Of a stretch of DNA of 64,000 bases, positions 40,501 to 53,500 are shown piece by piece. Each line of letters opens with the position of its first letter. Positions within the stretch are counted from its first letter, which is position 1. Made by a program: the position numbers and the translations under genes. The notes under the pieces were generated by a model that was not told where the DNA came from, ran no database searches, and was given only the letters and a program-made list of their open reading frames with translations. Origin of the DNA: Auanema rhodensis (taxonomy: Eukaryota; Animalia; Nematoda); NCBI GenBank assembly GCA_964057225.1, contig OZ059895.1:19034001-19098000 (forward strand), in the 5' to 3' direction.

Positions 40501-43500
40501 CTCTTTCTCGCTTAATATCTTGTTATCCTTTTCCATTTCTTTTCTGTTACTGTCTATCCTCATTTCCTTCTCTCTATCGTATACTCACATCTGAAACTCT
40601 GTTTTTCAATTACCCTCCCACTTCACATTCTACAGATACTTTTGTGTTAAAAATACGAAAATTTAGGTTTTCTCTTCTCGTTTCATCTCACCATTAAAAT
40701 TCTTTATATTAACACTTCTACAAAGTTTCTCCTCACTTAAACTCGATCTGGTTTATCACGCACTGCATGCGATAGGCCGTAGCGGGAGCTCGCTCGCACT
40801 TGCCTTCACCGCTACAGGGGGCCAGCAGCGTCGTCAACGGTGGCCTCTCTTCTTGATCGTCGTCAACTTTGTGATGATCATCCTTGTCGTCGTTGACGAT
40901 GTTGTCATCATCGGATCATCGTCAACGTCTTGGCGACCATCAGTACGCATGATTGCGAAAAGCTTTTCCGATACGTATTCTTGAAATCTTTTCGATTATA
41001 TCCACTAAACGAGCAGCAGACGTTGTCAATTCAGGAACGCTTCGTCATGCTTTATACAATATTTCGTTCAAATTCCACAATAACCGTGAAGTTAGCTATT
41101 CTCTCGTCTGTTTTCAGTTTCTCTTCCCGTCTCTCTGTCTCTCATCTTTTCATATGTTTTCCCGTTATCTTTAGTATCCCTAAATTCATCTCGTATCCTC
41201 TCACTCTCAATCTCGTTTTCTCTCATATAAAACTTTCACCTGAACCACCGATGACATATTTTCTCGGAACATCATCATCTTTGACTGTCTCAAACCTTCT
41301 GAATCTCATCATGTTCTGTTTCTCTCTCGTTCGTGAGTGAAAGACGTGCTTCTCAAAACGTCAACGTATCGTCTCCCGCCGTCAACGACCTGGTTGAGGC
41401 GCGTAATCATCTCCTTTGCCAATATACTTCAGCTCGTAAATTTATTAAAAAAAAGAAAGAGTGATGAAGAAATTAAAATATTTTTGTTAAAAATGAGAAT
41501 AAAGAATGTCGAGAAGTGGAAGTTTTAAGGCACCTTATCGAATCATTCAATAAATAACATGTGATGATGAATATGATGTCTTCTTGTTTGGAAAAGTTTG
41601 CCTATCCTGATCTAACTTCTACTAAACTTCATATGTTACATATGAATAACGGTTTAAAGATTTTTAACCAAAAAGTGCATGATCTGCTTATCCAATATAC
41701 CATCTCTTTTCCTTTGCGACGACTGGATGATACTGCCCTAGATGAAGTGTGGAAAAGTGAGAGAGAGGGGGGAGATCTATGGATCGTTCCCTTTTTCTTT
41801 TTCTTCTTTCTCTGTACCTCTTTCAATCAGTTTGTTGTCACAAGGTCTCTCTATATCTCTCATCTTCCCAACCCCTTTTACAAGATTTCCTTTGCTGCTC
41901 ATTTTCGTTGCAAAACGTTTTCCCCTTTTTACATCGTTCATCTTTAAGCATCTGTAATTCATTTTCGTTTAAATTATTTCGTTTACTTTCCTCTACCACC
42001 AACTCATATCATATCCGAATTCTGATTCTTGTATTCCATATACTGTTCTCTTCACCGGAGAACAGATCAAGAAGATGTATTAGCTTGTCAATGTGATCGT
42101 CTTCTGCACGTTTATTTTTCTCACCCAGCTACTACTTACTTCATCATTTCTTCATCAGTAACTGAAGCTAAGAAAAAGTACGAAACGAGAGAAAGGCAGT
42201 CATCAAGCCAGCTTTTGCATCTTCATCTTCACATCATAGCAACGACAAGAGACCGTCATATCGAACAGAATTCTCCGTATAATATACTAGGAAGATCATT
42301 CACAACTCGGCTTCTGGTACTACGATCATGCCTCGATTTGAACCGGTTCTCTTTCCATTCTCTTACCATCTCTACTCTCTAATACTATCGTGATCTCTAC
42401 CTCTCGCAACCTTTCACATTGCCCTAGGGCACGAATGAGACACACATACATACACACGCAAGATAGTTGGCTGTAATTGAACACACTATCTTTTGCTTCA
42501 TCAACATATCGAGATTACACCCTAACATACCTTGCTTACGAGAAACTGTTTTACACAGTCTACGAGAGGCAAAAAGAGAAATCAAAAGAAAGAGTGAGAG
42601 AGAAAGAAAGATTGAGAAATTGAGAGAAAAGCCACACATCCGTCTTCGTTAAACGCTAGTCTTGGCTTTTCTAGTTATTCCATCTACATCATCGTCCATG
42701 CTTCACTTCTAACTGTATATTATTATTCCTACTTCTCTGTATCTTTCTCTCAGTTCTTCAGTTTATCATATACCTGTATTACACTTTGCCACCTTTACAT
42801 CAAAGTAATATTTCTAATTTTCACATAACTATAAATATATAGATATATACATAGTTAGGAATATATCTTGTACATCTGCCTGTACAGTGCATGTTCTCAT
42901 GTTCATGTTCATGTTCTCTTCGGTTCATTACCTTTGGATATGCTGCCATGTTCACAAGCTGTACATAGTCGCTGTAGCTAAACGCTTTCTCACGTCTATC
43001 TAAGGCTCTTTCACATGTAATGAGCATGAGAAAAAGAATTCCCAGAGCATTAATATCTGAACTTGAACACACGATCAACTGCTCATCATCAGCTTGATCA
43101 GTTCGCTCAGATAGTTCTCTTGAGCACATTCAAGTGATGTCATCTCTAACAAGCTTGTACCTCTATGCGGGTACCTTTGACTACTACGGCCAACTCTTAA
43201 AGCAATCCACGGTATGTTCAGCTACAAAACATTTTTTCAACAAAAAATTATTTTAACTACAAGTATTTTCAATTAAAAATCTTTTTTTAACCGTATTCTT
43301 GTTTCAAACATTCATATGACTCCTGGCTCCATAATTTCTAACTTCTCATTTGCTTTTTCGTTTTTTTTTTTGAATAAATTTAGTAACAAGTTCTTCAAGT
43401 CAAAAGCCTGTTTGACCTACCAGCCGTACTACTCACCCTTTCTCTCTTCTTCTAACCCCTACTCTCGTTCTGACTTCCCTATATTAAGCTTGAAGTTTCA

Positions 43501-44164
43501 AAACGTCTACATCAACCTTTTCTCCAAAGTTGCGGGTAAACGAGAACAAGAAACAGAGCTTGTCGCCCTGTATTATATTTTTCATGTTTTACAGTACTTA
43601 TTATTAACGATAATAGTAATAATATTGTAAATAATTATATGAACTCGTAGTCATTTTTTTGAATCGAAAGACCCTAACCGTCCTGTTTATACGTTCAGCT
43701 TCTCCCAAAACTAACTTGTGTTCTGTTACGTTCATGAGCAGTTCTTCATGTTTTCTGAACTTTCACTCATCTACCATATACATCTATATTGATCAAGTGT
43801 CTCATGTAATCTCTGAAGAGTTTTGGAGGAAAACTTTTTTTTTTACTAATATAGTTGATAAAACTATAGAGAGTATATGATAAAGAGAGTTACGAAGAGA
43901 AACATATAGAGAAAGAGTAATGAGAGTAGAAAAGCGAAAAGGGCTTCGAGAACGGGTTCGACGCCCACATCTCGCTCTTCTTCGTGTCGTCTCCCTTAGA
44001 CTGCTTTTGCTTCGTCGTGTTCTATACTATTTTGACGATTCACTCACCTCGTCTATCTAATCAGTAACTTCTAAATTGATTCATTTTATAATACTATACT
44101 TATATAGTTAATCTAATATTCATTATTAAATGTAATAGTTTTCTCCCTATATCTTTCAATATCT

Positions 44165-44197
<33 letters not shown>

Positions 44198-44920
44198 ACA
44201 TATATTACTCTAACCATTTTCTTTTCTTTTGTACCGCTTGGTTCCAGCATCTGTTATATAGCTGATACAGTTTGCTTGGCATCTGATCTTTCCACCACCT
44301 AATATATTCTCGCACCAGTCCCTCTGTCCCCCTCTCTCTGTATATTATTTTCTGATTCTCTGTCCCTCTCTCTCTATCATTCTATCACCCTGTTTGACCC
44401 TGGTATCGAGTGGCATCAGACTAAATCATCTCTTCTCCCGATAAATGCCTCGAGGCATGTCTCTTAAAGCGGTTTTTGCCAGTTCCAGCTTCTTCCTTTT
44501 TCCTTTTTGTTCATTAAACTTTCTCCTTTCCTCGTTGACGTGATGACACGTATCGAGAGAAAGACAGAGAGAATATAAGATACAACGACTGTGTAGCGAT
44601 ATGAGGAGTAAAGGAAAAGCAGAGACATCAAGAAACCAAGTTAGAAAGAAAGATAGAGAGAGCTTTTTCATGTTAACCGTGAACTTAGTATCCACTTCGA
44701 GGCTACGTTACAGCAGCAGACGAGAACAACTTTTCGTTGACGCCTCAAGGCATTTTCCTTTTCTTTGCCATCTAACACAGTTTGTAGCCTTGTGTTGCAA
44801 ATCCAACAAACCGAACAAGACTTTAAGACTGAATATAGATTGTTCATCTCCATTCCCGACCGATACCATGAATATGAGGCAGTTAGCAACTTTCTCTCAT
44901 CTTCCTTCTCTATCTTCCTA

Positions 44921-44924
<4 letters not shown>

Positions 44925-44985
<61 letters not shown>
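44925..44985. repeat. (TC)n microsatellite
   Basis: About 30 TC units; source of the SLSLSL/ERERER pseudo-ORFs. Confidence 0.95.
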
Positions 44986-44987
<2 letters not shown>

Positions 44988-46213
44988 AGCGGCTTCCTCT
45001 ATATATCTATCTATATATTTGTTTCCTTCTATTCCCAGTCTTGTCTGAACTGTTTGCATTACAAACGCATTTTCATTCAAAATCATAGCTATTTCTCTTA
45101 GGCTCATCATCAGATGTTCATGTTGTAAGATGATTTCTGAGTTTATCTAACCCAAATATCTGCAATATCTCTTCAATATTGTATAAATTCATTCAATTTC
45201 ATATTTTAAAACAAAAATAGTTTCACGTAAAGCCATCACGTATCTTTTTGTTCAAAAAATCTTTTAATCTACCATACATTCTTTCTCTAACTTTCTCTAC
45301 CTCGATTTCACTTATTCCCTTTCTATCTCTATCGCTCTCTCTTAAAATCTTTCTCCAAAAACGTTAAGTAGTCATCCGTTTGAAAATTAATGTCTTCAAT
45401 TCATTTGTAAGATTAAAATCTCTTGTACCCCGATTAGTTGTGATGTCGATAGTGCAAGTTCCATGAAATTCTCGATCCAGGTATCTCCATCCGATTTATC
45501 GACCTCTCTTTCCATCACTACCTTCCTTCTCACCCCCCCCCCCCAAACCATCACCATCCAACGCCGTCATCATCATCACCTTCTTCTTTCAATCGTTGTA
45601 CTCTTTTCTGAAGAAGACCAAGACGTATATAGAGATCTTCAACCTTTTTTCTTCATTTCGTTTATTTTTATTTATTTTTTCATTCTAAAAGCAAAAATAG
45701 TTCATTATGAAGATATACTTATCTAATTTTTTTTGTTTTTTTCTTCAATAGTTTAACTAATATATGACCACCATATAACTATGTTTCTTCTTTCCTCACA
45801 TATATTTTTGTATATTTTCAACTTAAAAAGTTACAAACTTTCTAATCAAACTACCCAATCAACCCCTACCCATTCTCTCTCTCTCTCCCTCTCTCTTTTT
45901 TTCTTTCTTTCTTTCTTTCTCTCTCCTTCTCTTTTTCTTTTGATATAACTACTTCTCACTCACTCTCTCACCACACCCATGTAAGCGAAATAGCATAACA
46001 GTCTACCGTATACCATGAAGCAGTCATCATAATTACTACAACGTTTCAGAATTCATATTCCATTGATATTCAATGCATATTCTCAAAAGATTTTTGATCT
46101 ATTTTAGTCTTCTAATAGTTCCATTTCTCATCATCAACACCATCATCATCGCTGTGTTCTCTCGAACTACGTCTTGCTTTCGCCTGATTATCGACTTTCA
46201 GATCCATCTTCAA

Positions 46214-48447
46214 ATGAACATTATGATGGATAGTAAAGCATCTTCAGGCATGGTCATTGAATTTCTAAAAACCTTTATCAGAACACTACAGAGTGTTTTC
46301 TTTCTCTTCATTTCTTATACTTTTTAACGTTGATTAATAATATTTATTCATATTTCTTCCCCTCCTACCCCATTTCTCAAGTTCGATTTTTTGTTAATTT
46401 TTTAAATTTTATACGGAAATTTCTTTTTTCATTTCTTTTTTATTTTTATTTTTTTTGTTTACATACAGATGTTTTCTAATTTTTTTTAATTTCAGAACAG
46501 TTGGTCGCCAACCAACTTTTCCAATCCAATGATCTCTCAACCAATGATAACACATCCACCGATGACACATCAGTGGGATGTCCAGCTTGCTTCTCAAAAG
46601 GTAACATTTTAAACAAAACAACCTTGGACTATTCTAACTATTTGACTTCACTCTCTTTCTCTGTCATTTTCGCTTCATTTCAATGTCATTCCAGGCCTTC
46701 AACGTGAGCCAAAAGCTTGCTGCACAAACTATTCCCAATCAGCCACAAACTGTACAATCTCGTGGTTCGAATGTTTGCGAATCAAGTTCAACTCCATACA
46801 CAGACGCTACTAATTGCAAAAAATCAAGTAACCATATAAAAAGACCAATGAATGCTTTTATGGTATGGTCTCAACTTGAGAGAAGAAAGATCTGTGAGCA
46901 TCAACCAGACATGCACAATGCTGAAATCAGCAAGCAGGTTCGTCAAGTTTCAATCTTTTTTTTTATTTTTGATTAGAAAATCTAGTATTTTTGAATTTTC
47001 TTATGGGGACGATTCCCTAAATGTCATTGATTCGCTTAGTTTATACGATTTTCTAGTTTTCTTTTAACCGAGACTATTTCAGTTGGGATCGAGATGGCGC
47101 CAATTATCTGAGGTTGAAAAGGCTCCATTCATTCAAGAAGCTGAACGTCTTCGTCTCATGCACATGCAGGTAACTATTTATTTTCTTTACTTTCAAAAAT
47201 CTGTTTTCCTAATTAAAGGAATATCCTGACTACAAGTACAAGCCAAGAAAGAAGGCAAAGAAGAACGCTGATGGAGCTGTACAAAACTCTCAAAACAATC
47301 AGAATAGCAGACCAGCATCTCCAAGAGGAAAAGGACAAAAAAGGTAATATTAATTTGAATACCATTCATTTTAAGTAAAATCATATTCTTTTTCAGACCA
47401 TCTCAACAAATGGGAGGAATGGGCGTTAGCATAAACGGTTCACAAGATTCTTATCCAGTTGGAAAAAGTATGAAAATTGATCACGATGGAGTTCATTCTG
47501 TGCCACCTTTCATTACATCATCTCCACAGGATGATATCAAAGCTTCACAGCAAAAGCAGCAGGTAAACATAACTTCTGTCTTCAACCTCTACATAGATAT
47601 CATCAAAATGTTTTTTTCGAATATTGACTCAAAACTTTTTCAGGAATTGCGCCTCTTTCATCCCGCTTATCCTTCACCCTCTGAATTCGGACATGCTCCA
47701 TTAACACCCGAATCAGGATTCTACGATGATTTCTACTCATCCTCATGTCCATTCAGTGTGTCAACTGGAGGCAGTCCACCAAGCAAAACACCTCTTCTCA
47801 TGCCAATGCAGATTATTGTAAGTTTTATATTCAAGTTTTCAAACAAGTTCTTCTCTCGCCGGAAGCTTTTTTTTCTGAAATGATCCAATTCTTATTCGAA
47901 TGTTTTACAGCCTCAAATGGATGTTTCACAACTTCATCCGACCTATCACCAGTCAACACACCCCATCGTACAAAACCAGCAAACGGCACAAGCAACAGCA
48001 ACAACTGGATCACAGATGATTCGACATGCTCAACCCGCTTCCCATTTCTTTGTTCCACAACAATCATCACCACTCCAACCATTAAACTCCTCTGATCAGG
48101 TATGTATTATTATGTAATATTTTATATATTGTACTATATATGTATATAGTTCAGTCAATACCATTTTCTGTAACTATTTCTAATTTGTAATACTATTATA
48201 GGATGATATGCGATCACATTCCTCTGGTTCTTCCGGCTACAGCAGCATCACAACTGATTCCACAGATCATGTGACCATGTCCTTCGGACATCAGCCTTTT
48301 GGCCAAAATTTTTCTGAAGCTGAGCTGTTGCCATCTATTTACGATTTCAACTTCACCGCTGCTGTCAACGGAGCACAAGGCTGGAACGATGCCATTTGGC
48401 AAGGCCATCTTACGAATGCTCCCGCTTTTGAGCACATTCCCATCTGA
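46214..48447 (+). CDS. sem-2: SoxC HMG-box transcription factor (SEM-2 orthologue), ~9 exons
   Basis: HMG box [35 protein letters not shown]|[29 protein letters not shown]|[12 protein letters not shown], preceded by [11 protein letters not shown]. Exons ~46214-46252, 46496-46600, 46695-46937, 47083-47169, 47219-47343, 47397-47562, 47644-47817, 47911-48099, 48202-48447. The first exon is least certain. Confidence 0.93.
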
Positions 48448-50510
48448 AGAAGCAGTTGTGCTGGCAACATAGCCAACCCAACCATGCCATAGTCTATCAC
48501 CTCCTTGTTCTTCATTATTTTTTTTCTAAAAATTGAAAAAGAGAAAAATAATAATGATTGTTTGTATATTTCTCAAGGTACAACGTAAAACCGGTTTCCG
48601 GCTAATTGTGTTATCCCCATCTTCACCCCCTCCCCAAAAATACTCAAATATTATCTCTATATTCTTATAAATATATATATAAATATATAATTATATATAT
48701 GCAACTAAATGTTTAGCTTAATCAGTCCATTTATTGAGTCAGTATTATTCTGATGTGATTCTCTCTCTTTCTCTCTCTACCCTTTCTCTATCCTCTCTCT
48801 TCCTCTCTTTACTGCTCTCTCTTTCTCTCTCTCTATGTTAAATCCTCTTATTAATATATGTTTCTTGAACGCTGCTCGAATTCGAGTAACTTTTTTGCGC
48901 TGTAAATGTTTTCTTCACTTTCAATAATTTCCAACAATTCCTACTTAATAGTATTTCAATCCCTTTTATAGATAGCTAGCTTTTCAAATTATTCCATAGA
49001 CTGTTTTGTGATTTTGGAGATTGTTTCTTGTCTGTATTTTATCGAACTTTTTTTATGCCTTTAACAGTAGATTGGTTTCACATTCATCTACTCTCCCTTC
49101 TTCCTCTTAGTCCTAACTTTTTTCCTCCATCCCTTCTGTTGCTTCTTTCAGCTAAACTTGTACAGCATAATGATTCAATTATCTTCCTCAGTCTTCTTGA
49201 AATTATTAGTCTGAAATCGTGTTTTTTAACAAATTTCTGTATTTTACTGCTTCTCATGCTTAGTCATAGTCGAACATGAATAATGCTGTCATCCAGCAAC
49301 GTTGTGGTCATCGGCGTGTCTATGCATCCATCCTACAAACCATTTTGAACATTAGAAAAGCTTTATTGTGCATGCTCGCCCTATACTGTTCCCTAATAAG
49401 TCTTATTCCAACGATTCTCCCATATGATGTTTTCTTTCAAAATATAATTTTTTTTTACTAGAATGAATAGTATATTGAATCACCTCAACATGAAGTTTGT
49501 GCCACTGAAATTTGCATTTATGCTGCTAATTTTTCTCTCGCAGATCGTGACAAATTATATATAAAGGTTTATATATGTAAATTTATTTCCATAATTCCAA
49601 TAAAACTCTTTCAAATCCAAGTTTTCATTTTTCTCTCTCTCCCTCTCTCACTCAAGCGAATTCTCTCTTTATTTCTTTCTCTGTTTGTCACTTCTCGTGC
49701 TTCACTGTATATTTATAGATATTTTAAAATAAAAATTCTATGTTTACATGTTTCTTTCAGTTTCAAATAATTTCAAAAAAAAATTCAAATTGCGCCGTCG
49801 TTTATAACTTTTTCTTGGCCATCATCTGCACGTAATCTGAACATGTTATCAAATTCTGTTCATCATCATTTTCTAGCTGTTTCAACTTGAAAAACGTCCT
49901 TAGACGACCTTCTAAAACGACCACCCGATGTATTTTCTGAATGGGTAATAGCTAAAAAATCTTTTTTCTTAAGATAATATCAATTGGCACACGACAAGCA
50001 CACGCTGAAAGACTTCGATTAAAAGTACTGATCTGGGGCGGTTTTTTTTTCATTTTTCTCCTGTCGCTAAGTAATTATGGAGACAAGGGCTTTATACCTT
50101 CGAAAAAATGCATGGGATCTTTTCACCTAACGGAGCATCCAACGTTTTTTCTGCTATACTAAAAAAACCAAAAGCTTCTAAAGAACATATATTTATTTTA
50201 TAACTTTAATGGTGTAACAAAAACAAAAAATAACAGTAAGATTCAACAACTGGAACCAATAAATTTTAAAATATTAACTAAGAATTCAAAAACCATCGGC
50301 AACTCAACAAATCAACAAATAGATCTTAAAAATCATATATTCTAAGACGGAAATCTATACGATAAGATCTTGTATGCCGAAAAAAAATGCCACATACAAA
50401 AGTGTGAACTTAAGTTGCACCTATCTATCCACTTTTCCGTAAATTAACAAAGACAACAATTACAAAACTATGGTTAAACAAGAAAAATAGAGCTAATTGT
50501 TAAGATAAGA

Positions 50511-53500
50511 TTATTGCAAAACCTGATGAACGAATTCTAAAATCAAGTTCGATTCACCGAAAAGTTTGCTTTCAGCGAAAGGCCGACTGGCACAAGCATC
50601 AAAGAGACCATCTCTCTGAAAAAAACCGTTAGTACAGAATTAGCGAAACATTTAGCTGACCTTTTTATCCGTAATATCCGTCAGTTGTTTGAATATATAT
50701 TTTACTTCTTCGTCAGCCATAACTAACCTAAAGCATACATCGGGATTTAACATCACAGAGCTTTGTAGGAAGTTTTTCGATATGATTTTAGAGGCCTGGA
50801 AATCATGAGAATAATATTAATATGATCAAATATACTTACTAATTGTCTGATGTCCTCACTTTCATCTTGTAAGAATAATGACAAATTGGCGATAAAATCT
50901 TTCGGTTTATCTTAAAAAATTAATTTGAATTTTGAAGGTGAAAGCTAAATTACATGAACGGATCATAATTTCACTTATTTCCATTGCAATTTCTTTCACA
51001 GAATCATCTTCATCATAATCAGATACTGTTTTCAGCCATGTGACATCGGAACCCGCTTCTGCGCTTTCCTCTGAGATAAAGTATTTAACTTTACGACCCA
51101 ACAACTTAGTTTTGAGTCTAAATGTAACGTTGAATAACATTTTATAACAGGATCACAATACGTTTTGGAAAAATGCTCAGAGGAGAGAATCGCTGCTAAC
51201 TTGGGTCCATACCGAGATTTTTGGATGGATGCAACGTTGTTAATGAGGAAGAGAGTAATCTAAAATTTTAAATAAAGAAGTGAACATATTTTGCTTGACC
51301 TCAGAAATTTCCCTTTCGACTGTACTCTCAGCCAAATCTTGACAAGCCTTTTCAATAAGCTCAAATTCTCCTTTGAAACCCGAAATCTATAAACAAAATA
51401 TTGGAAAAAAGCTTGTATATCTCGTGTACATTAGTTGCTGTACGATAATACTCGAAACGAATAGCCTTATTTTCCATATGAAGCTGAATATCCTTCATTG
51501 CTAAATTCTGACTAGCTAGCGGTCTCTATAAAGTTTTAACAAAATAAATTGAAAAGAATTAAAAGAAAAAACCCATGTAAGAATGAAATTTTTCGTACAA
51601 CTGGTGGAATAATCTATGTGAAACTCATTGCATAAAAGGAACATAATGTTCTTGTTAAAATCAGATCTGATAGAAAAAAGAGAAAATAATTACTTCTTAA
51701 TAAATGTAACTTACAATCGTTGTTCAGGATGACTTATCATTAAGCTTCTAATAATTTTATATATTGTCTTCATATGATCATCAGTTTTCGTCGTAGTAAT
51801 CAACATGTTTTGAATCTACAATAAGAATAACATGAATACATAAAAAATAAGGAGCAATACTTACCAGAATTAGAATAGAGTGTAAAACATTTTCGCTAGC
51901 AGCTGAAATAGAATATTGGTTCAGCAAACTCAAAAGATACGAAATATCCTGAAATAAAATGTAATTGTATAAAATTAATTTTAAGAAGAACACGAAGTGC
52001 ATACTTCTTCCTGAGATATAGCTATAATAGTAGCTGCTGTCAGATTTCTTAACTTTTCCGCTTTACAAGTAAATAACACGCTTAGACAAGCTGGTATGAA
52101 CGGTGCCAAAGGAAACTATGAACAATTTTTAAATTAGCTTATTTAAAAAAATTAAACCTGGGATGCTACTGTAGGAAAAATATGGGAGAGGAATATAAGG
52201 ATGGGATAACATTTAAAGTCATCAGTGTTAGCGGAAGTTAACTGAGAGTACAATTGGGAATATAAAGACGGAAATCTTAATGAAAAGAGGTTTGTACCAC
52301 GAATAGATAGAGATTAACCTGGTGAAAAAGTCGAAAGCACTCAATTTATTCTTCGCATCAACATGATATCCTCTTTGACTACTCCGGGTAACACCGAAAA
52401 TTCGTACTCTGAGAGCAGCAGCTAATTGAGCCCCTGCATTTCGCTCAGGCCATGAATCAGCAGAACATGCAGCAATAGCCAATGAGCAAGATTTCTAAAA
52501 AATATATTTTGTCTAGATATGAAAACTTTCAATAAAAACCTCTAAAGCGAATGTTATTCGTTCTCTTAACAGTGAAGAAGATATTACTGCTCGGAGAATA
52601 TTTAAACAATGTATTCTGGAATTAAAATAAATTTCACCATATAGAATATTATATGACACCTATATGTGACATCTTTGTCTTTCATATTAATTAAAGAATC
52701 TAATACTTTTGGTAAAATGGATTGAGCATGTGTGAAATCAGCAGGTTCAGTAGCGAGAATTGTCGTAACAAGATGGGGAACTCCTGCACTTCGTCTTGTA
52801 GAGCAGAGCTTATGAGAATCTAAATAAAGGTGGACAAAAAGTTATTATAAATATCATGCCTGTTTTGCCTTCTAAGGCTAAAATTATTTCATCCGCCCAT
52901 TTAGATGGATTTGGAAGTTCAGGATTATTAGAACAGCTCCATAGAAAAGTGCATAATTGAGAAAATCTTTAAAAAATCATATAAATAGCAAAACTACTCA
53001 TGTCAAACCCTTCAACTGCACTTTCGAAAGCTCCACAATGCTTACATTCTGTTAATTGTAACCAGAAATATTTACTGATCTCATTAATAGTATCACTAGT
53101 TAAAATCGAATGCTTAGAACTCTAAATGTATTTTCTTGGTTTGCTGGATATCATTACCTTAGATATGACAATTCCGAAAATGGATGAAACAAATTTGTGG
53201 GCTCTCCAACAACATGCAAGAAGAAGTTGTGACGTATCAGCAACCGATTGAACTTTGATTTCAGCTGTTAAATACTTACAACAAATATCATAAAGACTCG
53301 AACTTACTCATACTTGCAAGCTCTTCATCTGGTATAAATCCTTCTGGAGACAAGGAATGAACAACAGGTGTGACCTAAAAGCAAGCTTATTAACCCTATT
53401 ACAAGAAAGCCTTAAACCAATCGAGAAATTTCGAAACATAATGGTAGGAGTTTATTAGTGTACTTCTTGAAAAATTCAAAGTTATCTTTTCTAAACAGAA

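Noticed and set aside
26068-45726. Numerous 60-170 aa ORFs in the gene desert
   Set aside because: F/L/S-rich or ER-rich translations of TC/GA/TA low-complexity DNA with no domain signatures or exon structure.
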